Of a stretch of 64,000 bases of DNA, positions 9,349-19,198 are shown piece by piece. The stretch comes from Candidatus Latescibacterota bacterium. Lineage in GTDB: Bacteria > Latescibacterota > UBA2968 > UBA8231. The stretch covers positions 3,840,001-3,904,000 of the forward strand of contig OZ241362.1 in assembly GCA_965200315.1 (NCBI GenBank), in the 5' to 3' direction. Positions within the stretch are counted from its first letter, which is position 1, and every line of letters starts with the position of its first letter. A model generated the notes under the pieces. That model had not been told where the DNA came from, made no database searches, and worked only from the letters and a program-made list of their open reading frames with translations. Position numbers and translations under genes: made by a program.

Positions 9349-10335
9349 TCAATTGTCCCGCGGCACCGCCATCATCCGCTCCAACGCCCGCCGCGCCCCC
9401 ACAATCACCTCGTCGTCCAGTGTAATTTCGTAGCGCTCGTAGAGCAGCGAAAAGTACACGTCTTGCAGGTCGGTGATTTTCATGTAGGGGCAGTGTAGCC
9501 GGCAGCCAATGCAGCCATCGGCCGCGACGAACTCTTGGTGCGGGAAGCGCTGCCGGAGCTGATGCAACATGCCGTTTTCCGTGGCGATGATGAAGCTCTT
9601 GGCCTCGGGATACTTTTCGACGGCCTTGAGCATCCCGGTGGTCGAGCACACTTCGTGCGCGATTTCGACCACATCTTGGCGGCATTCCGGGTGCGCGATG
9701 ATGACGGCCTCGGGAAACTCGCTACGAGTGCGCTCGACGCTAGCGGCGCGCAGCACGTCGTGCGTCGGGCAAGCACCGTCGTACACGACGACCTCTTTCT
9801 CCGGCACCTGCTCGGCCACCCAACGGCCTAAGTTGCGGTCCGGCGTAAAGAGAATCTTGTCGCTGTCGAGGCTGCGCACCACCGAGACGGCGTTGGCCGA
9901 GGTGCAGCAGATGTCGGACTCGGCCTTCACCTCGGCCGTGGAGTTGACATACGTCACCACCGCGTGATCGGGATAGTCCGCTTTCCAATCGTCGAGGCTT
10001 TCCGGGGTGATGGAGTCGGCCAGCGAACAGCCCGCGCCCAAATGAGGCAAGAACACTTGCTTGTCGGGGCTGAGGATTTTGGCCGACTCGGCCATGAAAT
10101 GCACACCGCAAAAAACGATGCGCTCGGCATCCGCCTTGGCAGCTTCCACCGACAGCCCGAGCGAATCGCCCGTGAAGTCGGCCAAGTCCTGGATCGGCGG
10201 AATCTGGTAGTTGTGCGCGAGGATGACCGCGTTTTTCTCGCGGCGCAAGTGGTTGATCTGGGTAATGAGCTCCTCGGCGGGCAGGTCGCTGTGGTACTGC
10301 GCTGCGGCTGGGGCGATCGTCTCTGAGTAGGTCAT
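9349..10335 (-). CDS. nadA: quinolinate synthase
   Basis: ILAHNYQ, GDSL, FCGVHFMAE, AGCSLAD, YVNS, CCTSANA, AHPEC, CPYMK. ATG10335 overlaps the upstream stop. Confidence 0.96.
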   Translation of the reverse strand: MTYSETIAPAAAQYHSDLPAEELITQINHLRREKNAVILAHNYQIPPIQDLADFTGDSLGLSVEAAKADAERIVFCGVHFMAESAKILSPDKQVFLPHLGAGCSLADSITPESLDDWKADYPDHAVVTYVNSTAEVKAESDICCTSANAVSVVRSLDSDKILFTPDRNLGRWVAEQVPEKEVVVYDGACPTHDVLRAASVERTRSEFPEAVIIAHPECRQDVVEIAHEVCSTTGMLKAVEKYPEAKSFIIATENGMLHQLRQRFPHQEFVAADGCIGCRLHCPYMKITDLQDVYFSLLYERYEITLDDEVIVGARRALERMMAVPRDN

Positions 10336-10541
10336 GGCTTGACTTGCGCTCCTTCGTCGGGGGGAATGGTCTCGGTGCCGTTGGGGAAAACGCGCCAAAA
10401 CTCCTTGCGAATGAGGCCGGTGATCATGGCACTCTTGCTGCTGCCGTGATAGCGGGCAATCGCGTCGAGCATCTCGTGATCCCGGTCGGGCGCCGAAAAG
10501 GTCCTCACCTTGGCCCGGCGACTGTGGTCTTTGGGTGGCAT
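10332..10541 (-). CDS. small ribbon-helix-helix (CopG/Arc/MetJ-like) protein
   Basis: Beta strand VRTFS, helix DHEMLDAIARYHG, then SKSAMITGLIRKEF; ATGA-coupled to nadA. Confidence 0.75.
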   Translation of the reverse strand: MPPKDHSRRAKVRTFSAPDRDHEMLDAIARYHGSSKSAMITGLIRKEFWRVFPNGTETIPPDEGAQVKP

Positions 10542-10610
10542 TATATCTTTCTTATATAAAATTTGATTAAATTATGTATGTAATCTAACGAATCGCTGGC
10601 GGCGAGTCAA
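10541..10610 (-). promoter_or_regulatory. sigma70-type promoter and candidate operator of the RHH-nadA operon
   Basis: TTGACT(10610-10605)-N17-TAGATT(10587-10582). Near-palindrome AATTTGATTAAATT at 10560-10573; TTATAT direct repeats at 10541 and 10552. Confidence 0.6.
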
Positions 10611-10677
10611 TATAGATGCTAAATACACGACACCTACTCTGCGTACGCGTCTTCTCCGCAATCCTTAATCGCGCCCA

Positions 10678-10703
10678 CGCGAGCGAGACGCCCGCGCTCC
10701 CAG
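10678..10703 (+). repeat. REP-like hairpin family A, copy 2
   Basis: CGCGAGCG-AGA-CGCCCGCG-CTCCCAG. Confidence 0.65.
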
Positions 10704-10800
10704 CTAAGACCGTAGTGTCGTGTACGTAAGATATAGATGTAACCATTTTTAACGGAATTTTCGCAAACGAGCCGCAACGATAGGAAGGATAGACCCGGCC

Positions 10801-12027
10801 CTAGAGTTGGCTAATCCGCGCCATGGCCTCTTCGATCCGGTCGCGGTGGTTAAAGGCCGACAGGCGCAAGTACCCCTCCCCAGCCGCGCCAAAACCCGCC
10901 CCCGGCGTCCCGACGATGTGAGCCTTGTCGAGCAAGTAGTCGAAGTAAGCCCAACTGTCCTGCCCGTCGGGCGTGGCCACCCACAAATAGGGAGCGTGCT
11001 CGCCCCCGTACACGGTAAGCCCGGCCGCCCCCAACTGCTGGCGCATGATCGCGGCGTTTTCCATGTAGAACGCAATGCGCTCGGCAATGCCCTGCTGGCC
11101 AGCCGGCGAATACGCGGCCTCCGCAGCGCGCTGCACCGGATACGCCACACCGTTGAACTTGGTCGAGTGCCGCCGCGCCCACAGCCGATGCAAATCCACT
11201 TCCTCGCCCGAGGCAGCGCGGCCGGCAAGCTCCTTCGGCACCACGATGTACCCACAGCGCAGGCCGGTAAAGCCGGCGTTCTTGGAAAAACTGCGAAATT
11301 CTATCGCCACCTCGCGGGCGCCTTCGACCTCGTAGATAGAGCGCGGGAGCACCGGATCGGCAATGTAGCTTTCATAGGCCGCGTCAAATAGAATGACGGC
11401 CTGCTCGCGACGGGCGTATTCGACCCAGCGGGCCAAGGCACTGCGGGTCATGGCCGCGCCCGTGGGATTGTTGGGCGAGCACAAGTAGATCAGATCGACG
11501 TGACCGGCGGGCAGGTCTGGGATGAAGTCATTGGCGGCCGTACATGGCATGTAGATCAAGCCGGCGTACGAACCATTCGCGTCGGCTGGGCCCGTGCGGC
11601 CGGCCATGACGTTGGAATCGCAGTACACCGGATAGACCGGATCGGTCAGCGCGACCACGCAATCGCTGGCAAAAATTTCCTGCACCGCGCCCGAGTCGCA
11701 CTTGGACCCGTCGGAGACAAAAATCTCGTCGCTGTGAACGCGTACGCCGCGCGCGCTAAAGTCGTGCTCGACAATGGCCTCGCGCAAAAAATCCTGGCCC
11801 TGGTCGGGCGGATAGCCCTGCAAGGTGTCGTCGTGCGCCATTTCCTCGACGGCCTCTTTCATCGCATCGACCATCGGCCGCGGGATGCCCTTGACCACAT
11901 CGCCGATCCCCAAGCGGATCACGTCGGCTTGGGGATGAGCAGCGGCAAACGCATCGACCCGGCGGGCGATTTCGGGAAAGAGGTACCCGGCTTTGAGCTT
12001 GAGATAGTGATCGTTGATATGCACCAT
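10801..12027 (-). CDS. dapL: LL-diaminopimelate aminotransferase
   Basis: [46 protein letters not shown]. Confidence 0.96.
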   Translation of the reverse strand: MVHINDHYLKLKAGYLFPEIARRVDAFAAAHPQADVIRLGIGDVVKGIPRPMVDAMKEAVEEMAHDDTLQGYPPDQGQDFLREAIVEHDFSARGVRVHSDEIFVSDGSKCDSGAVQEIFASDCVVALTDPVYPVYCDSNVMAGRTGPADANGSYAGLIYMPCTAANDFIPDLPAGHVDLIYLCSPNNPTGAAMTRSALARWVEYARREQAVILFDAAYESYIADPVLPRSIYEVEGAREVAIEFRSFSKNAGFTGLRCGYIVVPKELAGRAASGEEVDLHRLWARRHSTKFNGVAYPVQRAAEAAYSPAGQQGIAERIAFYMENAAIMRQQLGAAGLTVYGGEHAPYLWVATPDGQDSWAYFDYLLDKAHIVGTPGAGFGAAGEGYLRLSAFNHRDRIEEAMARISQL

Positions 12028-12050
12028 GGTATTTGCTTTCTTGGAAGGTA

Positions 12051-12106
12051 TTGGAAATTGGGAAGTAGGAATTATCAATCATTAGTTCCTAGTTCGCAAT
12101 TCCCAA
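12051..12106. repeat. inverted array of degenerate heptamers (TTGGGAA / TTCCCAA)
   Basis: 12051-12073 vs reverse complement of 12084-12106: 19/23 identical. Confidence 0.6.
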
Positions 12107-12232
12107 CTGATGTTACGCATTGTAGGGGCAACCTTCTTGGAGCCGGCCGGCTGAATGCGTCGTGCGGCGGGACGCCCCCACACCTACCGATTCGGCGGCA
12201 ATTCCCTAATTCATTCAAAAGGAGACTCGCTC

Positions 12233-13183
12233 GTGGATATAAGCTTTATGACCAGTGCCGGCGGCCCCCACCATTGGACCCTCGACGAATGCGCCCGCTG
12301 GGCGCGAGAGCACGATTTCGACTGCGTACGCCTAAACGACTCCGGCGCCCTCGACTCGGACCACATTCTAGCGGTCGGGCCAGACTCGGTGCTAGCGACC
12401 TTGCGCCAGCACGGCCTGTACCTCGCCGCCCTCACCGCGCACTACAACTTGCTCGACGACGACCGCGAGCAGGCCCGCGCCGCCCAAGCCAAGCTGCTCA
12501 AGGCCATTGCGTCGGCCCGCGCCCTCGGCTGCCCAGTCATCGTCACCAGCAGCGGCGCGCCCGTGCGCAACGGCCAGTTCTACGGCATGTTCTCCTCCGA
12601 ACCCGGCAATCCCAGCGACCGCTCCGACGAACTAGTAAGCCGCTTCCAAGCCATGTTTGAACCCGTGGTACAAGCGGCCGAAGACAGCGGCGTCCGGCTC
12701 GCGCTCGACGTGGCCGTGCGCATGGGCCAAATAGGCTGCAACCCAGAGATGTGGGAAAAAATCCTCGACGCCGTGCCCTCCGATCACCTCGGCTTATCCT
12801 GCGACCCCTCGCACTGGCTGTGGATGCACATCCTGCCGGTCGAAGACGTCATCCGCGACTTTGCCGGCCATTGGTACTACGCCGATGTCAAGGACTGCGA
12901 GATTAGCCAGCGGATGCTCTACCGCCAAGGCATCATCGGCAATTGGTGGTGGCAATACCGCGTCCCCGGCCGCGGCCAGCTCAACTGGAGCACCATCATC
13001 GGCGCACTGTGGGAATCCGGCTACGACTACGTGCTGTGCGTCGAAAACGAGGACCGCGGCTTCCCCGGCCTAGAGGGCTTTGCCTTTGGCGGCCAACACC
13101 TGCGCAGCTTGCTGCCGCCCAAGGAGGCAGGCTTTAAGCGGCAAGGGGGGCATTGGCAGACGAGCGGGTGGGAGCGCAAGTAA
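12233..13183 (+). CDS. sugar phosphate isomerase/epimerase (AP endonuclease 2 TIM barrel)
   Basis: AGGAGA RBS before GTG; DPSHW, VKD, PGRGQLNW, GYD..L.VENED. Confidence 0.85.
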   Translation: MDISFMTSAGGPHHWTLDECARWAREHDFDCVRLNDSGALDSDHILAVGPDSVLATLRQHGLYLAALTAHYNLLDDDREQARAAQAKLLKAIASARALGCPVIVTSSGAPVRNGQFYGMFSSEPGNPSDRSDELVSRFQAMFEPVVQAAEDSGVRLALDVAVRMGQIGCNPEMWEKILDAVPSDHLGLSCDPSHWLWMHILPVEDVIRDFAGHWYYADVKDCEISQRMLYRQGIIGNWWWQYRVPGRGQLNWSTIIGALWESGYDYVLCVENEDRGFPGLEGFAFGGQHLRSLLPPKEAGFKRQGGHWQTSGWERK

Positions 13184-13258
13184 GGAGCAACTTGCCGTTA
13201 GGACCATTTGCCCTTCTATTATTTTAATTGCTGCGTTGCCAACAGCCACAGAGGATCC

Positions 13259-14932
13259 ATGAGCACAGACAAAAACCGCGACTTCATCCGCGAAGCCATC
13301 GACACCGACCTCAAAAACGGCCGCTACGACCGCGTCATCACCCGCTTCCCGCCAGAGCCTAACGCGCATCTGCACATCGGCCACGCCAAGGCGATCTGCA
13401 TCAATTTCGGCATTGCCGCCTCCTATGGTGGCCAGTGCAATCTCCGCTACGACGACACCAATCCCACCCGCGAAGAGCAGGAATACGTGGACTCCATGCA
13501 GGAAGACATCCGCTGGCTCGGCTTCGACTGGGGGCCGCAGCCGTACTATGCTTCCGACTATTTCGGCCAACTCTACGAATGGGCCGTCGCACTCGTCAAA
13601 AAGGGCTTGGCGTACGTGGATGACCAAACCGCGGACGAGATCCGGGAAAATCGCGGCACGCTTACCGAACCGGGCAAAAACAGCCCGTACCGCGACCGCT
13701 CCATCGCGGAAAACCTCGACCTATTCGCGCAGATGAAAGACGGCTCATTCCCCGATGGCTCGCGTGTGTTGCGCGCCAAAATTGACATGGCCGCACCCAA
13801 CATCAACCTGCGCGACCCCGTCATGTACCGCATCATGCACACCACCCATCACCGCACCGGCAACGCTTGGTGCATTTATCCCATGTACGACTGGGCCCAC
13901 GGCCAGAGCGACGCCATCGAGGGCGTTACGCATTCGCTGTGCTCAGACGAATTTACCAACAACCGACCGCTCTACGACTGGTTCATCGAAAAACTCGGCA
14001 TCTTCCCCTCGCGCCAAATCGAGTATGCCCGCGGCAACATCACCTACACACTCCTCTCCAAGCGATACCTGCTGTCGCTCATCGAGCAAAATCTCGTCTC
14101 CGGTTGGGACGATCCCCGGCTCTACACCCTGCGCGGCCTGCGCCGCTTGGGCTACCCACCGGCGGCCATCCGCCGCTTCTGGACCGAAGCCGGCATTGCC
14201 AAACGCGGCAACAACATCGACATCGCCCTCCTCGAATACTGCATCCGCGACCAGCTCAACCAGACCGCGCCTAGGCGCATGGCCGTGCTCAATCCGCTCA
14301 AGGTCGTCATTGAAAACTACCCAGAAGACCAAAGCGAGATACTAACGGCCATCAACAACCCGGAAGACGACAGCGCCGGCACCCGCACTATCCCCTTTTC
14401 GCGGCACCTCTACATCGAGCGTGAGGACTTTATGGAAGACCCGCCGCGCAAGTTCTTTCGCCTCGCCCCGGGCCGCGAGGTCCGCTTGCGCTACGCCTAC
14501 TTCATCACCTGTACCGAGGTCGTCAAAGACGCCAGCGGCGAAATCGTCGAGTTGCGCTGCACGTACGACCCGGCCACCCGCGGCGGCAACGCGCCCGATG
14601 GCCGCAAGGTCAAGGCCACCCTGCACTGGGTCTCGGTCCCCCACGCGGTCCCCGCCGAGGTGCGGCTCTACGACCGGCTCTTCAAGGTCGAAAAACCGCT
14701 CGAAGCACCACCCGGGGGCACCTGGTTGGACAACCTCAACCCAGACTCGCTCAAAGTCCTCAGCCCTTGCTATCTAGAGCCGTCCCTCGCCGACATGGCC
14801 CCGGGGGACTCCTGCCAGTTTGAGCGGCTCGGCTACTTCTGCGCCGACCGCGAGGACCACGCGCCAGACGCGCCCGTCTTCAACCGCACCGTCACCTTGC
14901 GCGACACTTGGGCGCGGATGCAGAAGGGCTAG
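13259..14932 (+). CDS. glnS: glutamine--tRNA ligase
   Basis: [38 protein letters not shown]. Confidence 0.96.
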   Translation: MSTDKNRDFIREAIDTDLKNGRYDRVITRFPPEPNAHLHIGHAKAICINFGIAASYGGQCNLRYDDTNPTREEQEYVDSMQEDIRWLGFDWGPQPYYASDYFGQLYEWAVALVKKGLAYVDDQTADEIRENRGTLTEPGKNSPYRDRSIAENLDLFAQMKDGSFPDGSRVLRAKIDMAAPNINLRDPVMYRIMHTTHHRTGNAWCIYPMYDWAHGQSDAIEGVTHSLCSDEFTNNRPLYDWFIEKLGIFPSRQIEYARGNITYTLLSKRYLLSLIEQNLVSGWDDPRLYTLRGLRRLGYPPAAIRRFWTEAGIAKRGNNIDIALLEYCIRDQLNQTAPRRMAVLNPLKVVIENYPEDQSEILTAINNPEDDSAGTRTIPFSRHLYIEREDFMEDPPRKFFRLAPGREVRLRYAYFITCTEVVKDASGEIVELRCTYDPATRGGNAPDGRKVKATLHWVSVPHAVPAEVRLYDRLFKVEKPLEAPPGGTWLDNLNPDSLKVLSPCYLEPSLADMAPGDSCQFERLGYFCADREDHAPDAPVFNRTVTLRDTWARMQKG

Positions 14933-14950
14933 CCACACCCACCGCCGCAC

Positions 14951-15721
14951 ATGCGGATTTCGCGTCTCCTATTGGCCCTGCTACTCTCGGCACCCGTCGC
15001 CGCCGAAGAGGTCGTCGTGCCAGCCGGTCACTTCACCATGGGCATCGACCACCCGCGAGCCACCGACGAAAAGCCCAGCCGCCAAATCTATCTGAGCGCC
15101 TTTTCCATCGACCGCTACGAAGTCACCAACGCCCACTTCGCCGCCTTTGTCGCGGCCACCGGCTATCAGACGAAGGCGGAAAAACGCGGGGCTGAAAAGG
15201 CCGACGGCATTAGCTGGCGGCAGCCCCACGGCCCCGGTTCGGCAGCCGAGCCAACCCATCCGGTCGTCTATGTCAACTGGCAGGATGCCCACGCGTATTG
15301 CGCTTGGCGCGGCGGACGGCTGCCCACCGAAGCCGAGTGGGAAAAAAGTGCGCGCGGCAGCGACGGTCGCCTCTGGCCCTGGGGCACAAAGTTTGCGGCA
15401 GGACGCGCCAATCTCTGGGGCGCGGAAGACAGATACGAACAACTGGCACCAGTCGGCTCTTTTCCAGCAGGGGCCAGCCCATACGGCGCGCTCGACATGG
15501 CCGGCAACGTATGGGAGTGGTGCGCCGACTGGTACGACGCCAACTACTATGCCACCGGCCCGACCAAAGACCCGCAAGGGCCAGAGACGGGCCGCTTCAA
15601 GGTCTTGCGCGGCGGCTCGTGGATCAACCCAGCACCGGTCCTGCGCAGCATCAATCGCTTCGAGGTTTTGCCCGTAGAGCGCAGCCCCTATATCGGTTTC
15701 CGCTGCGCCCGCTCTCCATGA
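14951..15721 (+). CDS. exported formylglycine-generating-enzyme (SUMF1/FGE-sulfatase) domain protein
   Basis: Signal peptide; HPVV.V.W.DA.AYC.W, RLPTEAEWEK, DMAGNVWEW, RGGSW, GFRC. Confidence 0.9.
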   Translation: MRISRLLLALLLSAPVAAEEVVVPAGHFTMGIDHPRATDEKPSRQIYLSAFSIDRYEVTNAHFAAFVAATGYQTKAEKRGAEKADGISWRQPHGPGSAAEPTHPVVYVNWQDAHAYCAWRGGRLPTEAEWEKSARGSDGRLWPWGTKFAAGRANLWGAEDRYEQLAPVGSFPAGASPYGALDMAGNVWEWCADWYDANYYATGPTKDPQGPETGRFKVLRGGSWINPAPVLRSINRFEVLPVERSPYIGFRCARSP

Positions 15722-17358
15722 CCCTGCTTACCGCACTCTGCGTCGCGCTTCTGGCCGCGTGCGACGCGCCCCCACCAAACCTCACCTCCGTCCGCTTCAC
15801 CGACGTTACCGCAGCGTGCGGCTTGGATTTCCGCATGTACTCGGGCAGCCGAGTCAAAAACTACATCATTGAGGCCAAGGGCGGCGGTGGTGCCTTCCTC
15901 GACTACGACGGCGATGGCTGGCTCGACATCTACTTGGTCAACGGCTCGCGCCTCGAAGGCTATCCCAACCCGACCGCGGCCCCGACCAACGCCCTCTACC
16001 GCAACATGGGCGACGGCACCTTCACGAACCATACCCGCACAGCCGGGGTCGGCGATGCAGGTTGGGGCATGGGCTGCGCAGCGGCCGACTACGACGGGGA
16101 TGGAGACCTCGATCTCTACGTGACCAATTACGGCCCCAACATCCTCTATCGGAACGAAGGCAACGGCCGATTCCGCGACGTCGGCCCGGCCGCAGGCGTC
16201 GCCCTAGCAGGATGGAGCACGGGTGCCAGCTTCGGCGACTACGATGGCGATGGCGATCCAGACCTCTACGTGGCCCAGTACTTGCACTTTGCGCCCGAGC
16301 GCGTTCCGCCTCGCGGCGGGATGTGGAAGGGCGTTCTCGTGTTCGCCGGCCCGCTCGGCCTCCTTGGGGCGCAGGATGTCCTCTACCGCAACGAAGGCGA
16401 TGGCACCTTTCGCAATGTCACCCGCCAAGCTCACCTCGAGCAAGCAGAGCCGACCTACGGACTCGGTGCCCTTTTTTGCGACTACGACCAAGACGGCGAC
16501 CCAGACCTCTACGTGGCCAATGACTCGGCACCCAATTTTCTCTACCGCAACGAAGGCAACGGCCAATTCCGCGACGTCGGCGTGGAAGCCGGAGCCGCCC
16601 TCAGCGCCGAGGGAGGCGCACAGGCTGGCATGGGCATCGCCTATGGGGATTACGACCGCGACGGGTTTGGAGATTTTCTGGTGACTCATTTTGAGGACGA
16701 TTACAACACCCTCTATCGCAATCGCAGCGATGGGACCTTTGCCGTGGCTAGCGCCACCGTTGGCCTCGCCGAGCCGAGCCTGCCGCACTTATCCTTCGGC
16801 ACGTTCTTTTTCGATTACGACAACGATCAAGACCAAGACCTGTTTGTGGCCAACGGCCACGTCTATCCCCAGATCAGGCACCTTGCGCCCGATGGCTACG
16901 CCGAACCCAACCAACTCTTCGCCAATCAGGGCCCAACCGGCGCCTACCGCTTCTCAGAAGTCGCAGCCGGAGATGTGAGCCGCCCCGCCGTCAGCCGCGG
17001 TGCCGCCAAAGGGGACTACGACAACGATGGGGACGTAGATGTTTTGGTCTTCAACCTCGACGGTCCGCCGCAACTTTTGCGCAACGACGGCGGCAATCAG
17101 CGCAACTGGCTGAGCCTGCGCTTGGTCGGCGGTGGTCTAGGGGCGAAAGTCGCCAGCGCCAGCGGCGGGGTCGAGCAGGTCGCGGAGATCGTCAGCGGCG
17201 GCAGCTTCCTCTCGCACAGCGACGGGCGCGTCCACTTTGGTCTGGGCTCCAATCAGGCAGCCGATTGGCTCGAGATTCGCTGGCCCTCGGGTCGCGTCCA
17301 GCGCTTCGAGAACGTGGCCGCGAATCAGTTTTTAGTGGTGGAAGAGCCGAGGCGCTAG
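15718..17358 (+). CDS. CRTAC1-family (FG-GAP repeats + ASPIC/UnbV) lipoprotein
   Basis: Lipobox LAAC; repeated DYDGDG..DLY motifs; C-terminal HFGLG...WPSG. Confidence 0.9.
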   Translation: MTLLTALCVALLAACDAPPPNLTSVRFTDVTAACGLDFRMYSGSRVKNYIIEAKGGGGAFLDYDGDGWLDIYLVNGSRLEGYPNPTAAPTNALYRNMGDGTFTNHTRTAGVGDAGWGMGCAAADYDGDGDLDLYVTNYGPNILYRNEGNGRFRDVGPAAGVALAGWSTGASFGDYDGDGDPDLYVAQYLHFAPERVPPRGGMWKGVLVFAGPLGLLGAQDVLYRNEGDGTFRNVTRQAHLEQAEPTYGLGALFCDYDQDGDPDLYVANDSAPNFLYRNEGNGQFRDVGVEAGAALSAEGGAQAGMGIAYGDYDRDGFGDFLVTHFEDDYNTLYRNRSDGTFAVASATVGLAEPSLPHLSFGTFFFDYDNDQDQDLFVANGHVYPQIRHLAPDGYAEPNQLFANQGPTGAYRFSEVAAGDVSRPAVSRGAAKGDYDNDGDVDVLVFNLDGPPQLLRNDGGNQRNWLSLRLVGGGLGAKVASASGGVEQVAEIVSGGSFLSHSDGRVHFGLGSNQAADWLEIRWPSGRVQRFENVAANQFLVVEEPRR

Positions 17359-17363
17359 CGGTC

Positions 17364-19193
17364 TCATCGATCTCGCTCCAATCGCGCCAACTGTTGTCGT
17401 GCCTCGGCGTGATCGGGGTCGTGTTGCAAGGCGCTGGCAAAAGCGCCCCGAGCCTCGTCCGCTGAACCATGGCGCACCAACAGCAAGCCCTGCCTATAAA
17501 GAGCTTCCACGTCGCTGGGATCTAGCTCAACACACGCCTGCAAGCTGCGCCAAGCTGGGCGCGGCTGCCCCAATTGCAGATACGCCAGGCCGAGCAAATA
17601 GTAGCTGTCGCGGTGATCGGGGTCGCTGGCCAAGGCGCGCTGGCTGGCAATCACCGCGGCCTGCGGATCGCCAGCTTGGTACGCTACCTTGGCTAGGCCG
17701 TGATGCGCTCGCACGGAAGTAGAATCCGCGCCAAGCGCTTGGGCAAAGAAATGGCGCGCAGAGTCTGGCTGGCCGCTGGCTGCGTACGCCTCGCCTAATA
17801 GACAGTGAATCTCCAGATGACCTGGAGCCAGCGTGCGCGCGCGTTTGAGGACCGAGACGCCTTGGGAGAGTGCATCTTGATACAGATAGACCATGCCCAA
17901 GCGAATGTGCGCCAGTACGTGAGAGGAGTCAGCCGCCACCGCTTGGGCCAGCAGAGTAGCTGCGCGATCCCAAGAGCCGCGATTGGCATTGCGCAGCCCC
18001 TCTTTGTAGTGGCGATCGGCCGCACTTAGCCGCTGGAACTCGGCCGCGGCTGCCGCAGCTTGATCCGGCTGGCCCACCTGCGCGTATGCCAAGCTCAATA
18101 GATAACAGATGCTGTGATCGGCCGGATTTAACTGAAGAGCACGTTCCAAGGCAACGACTGCTTCGGGATGACGCTGCTCCTTGGTATAGACGCCGGCCAA
18201 ATCGACGAGGGCCGCTGCGTTCTTCGGCTCCAAGGCCAAGACCCTTTTAAGCCCGGTCTCAGCCGCAGCCAAATCGCCGCTGCGGGCGAGCAAGTCGCTA
18301 CGCCGGTACAAGGCTTTGGCATGGTCGGGTTGTAGTGTGAGCACCGCACCGTACGCGGTCAAAGCCCCCTCAAAGTCCGCCAAAGATCGACGTACCTCTC
18401 CGAGGCGAAAGTGGTAGTGGGGCTGGTCCGCACTCCGTTCAATGGCCCGCTGAAAACAAACTGCCGCGCCCTCGTACTGGTGCTGCATCTGCAAGGCGGT
18501 GCCTAATGAGTAGTGAAAGTCGGCCTTTTCCGGCGCTAGGGCTACGGCCCGTTCAAACGCGGATGCGGCCCGTTCGTTTTCATCCAAGCGGGCATGGGCC
18601 AACCCCATATAGAAGTGCGTCTGTGCGAGGTCTGGAGCATGCGCGGCCGCTCGTTCCAGCACGGCGAGGGCCTTGCGGTGGCGGCCTTGCTTGAGCAACG
18701 CTCCCCCGCGCTGACTCAACAGGCCCCCCCACTGCTGGCCCTTGTGCACCAGCAATGAATCTGGCAACGCCCGTTCCAGCGGATCGGGATAGACGCGCAC
18801 CTCGTGGCCGCGCCGTTCTCGCAAGCTCGCCAACAAAGCCCCGCGCTCGCCCTTCATTAGGGCGGCTGGGTACTGATTTTGGTAATAAGCGCGGATCTCT
18901 TCTGTGGCTAGCTCGGTGCTGTCCAAGCCCTGAGCACGGGCCTCCGCCAGCAATAAATAGCGATCTATGATGAGCTGGAGGTATTGGCGTCTAACCGCTG
19001 CCGCATCTTGGGCTCGGACTGCATCCAATAGGCTGAGGGCTTCGGCTGGAAGCTGTGCAACGTAAGTGCGCAACGCGTCGGCCTCAATCCGGTGCGGACC
19101 AAGCTCGGCGACGACGGGTGCGTCGGCCGGCTTACACGCTGGCAGCAGGCCGGCCCAAACGACCCACCACAGCGCACCCCTTCCCCAGTGCAT
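17364..19193 (-). CDS. TPR lipoprotein with SurA-like N-terminal remnant
   Basis: Lipobox-like LPAC; the first ~130 aa resemble both termini of PPIase 33027-34691; many TPRs follow. Confidence 0.8.
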   Translation of the reverse strand: MHWGRGALWWVVWAGLLPACKPADAPVVAELGPHRIEADALRTYVAQLPAEALSLLDAVRAQDAAAVRRQYLQLIIDRYLLLAEARAQGLDSTELATEEIRAYYQNQYPAALMKGERGALLASLRERRGHEVRVYPDPLERALPDSLLVHKGQQWGGLLSQRGGALLKQGRHRKALAVLERAAAHAPDLAQTHFYMGLAHARLDENERAASAFERAVALAPEKADFHYSLGTALQMQHQYEGAAVCFQRAIERSADQPHYHFRLGEVRRSLADFEGALTAYGAVLTLQPDHAKALYRRSDLLARSGDLAAAETGLKRVLALEPKNAAALVDLAGVYTKEQRHPEAVVALERALQLNPADHSICYLLSLAYAQVGQPDQAAAAAAEFQRLSAADRHYKEGLRNANRGSWDRAATLLAQAVAADSSHVLAHIRLGMVYLYQDALSQGVSVLKRARTLAPGHLEIHCLLGEAYAASGQPDSARHFFAQALGADSTSVRAHHGLAKVAYQAGDPQAAVIASQRALASDPDHRDSYYLLGLAYLQLGQPRPAWRSLQACVELDPSDVEALYRQGLLLVRHGSADEARGAFASALQHDPDHAEARQQLARLERDR

Positions 19194-19198
19194 CTGAA

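Noticed and set aside
11500-12660. 386-aa ORF and many other long antisense or alternative-frame ORFs
   Set aside because: Shadow ORFs of well-supported genes in GC-rich DNA.
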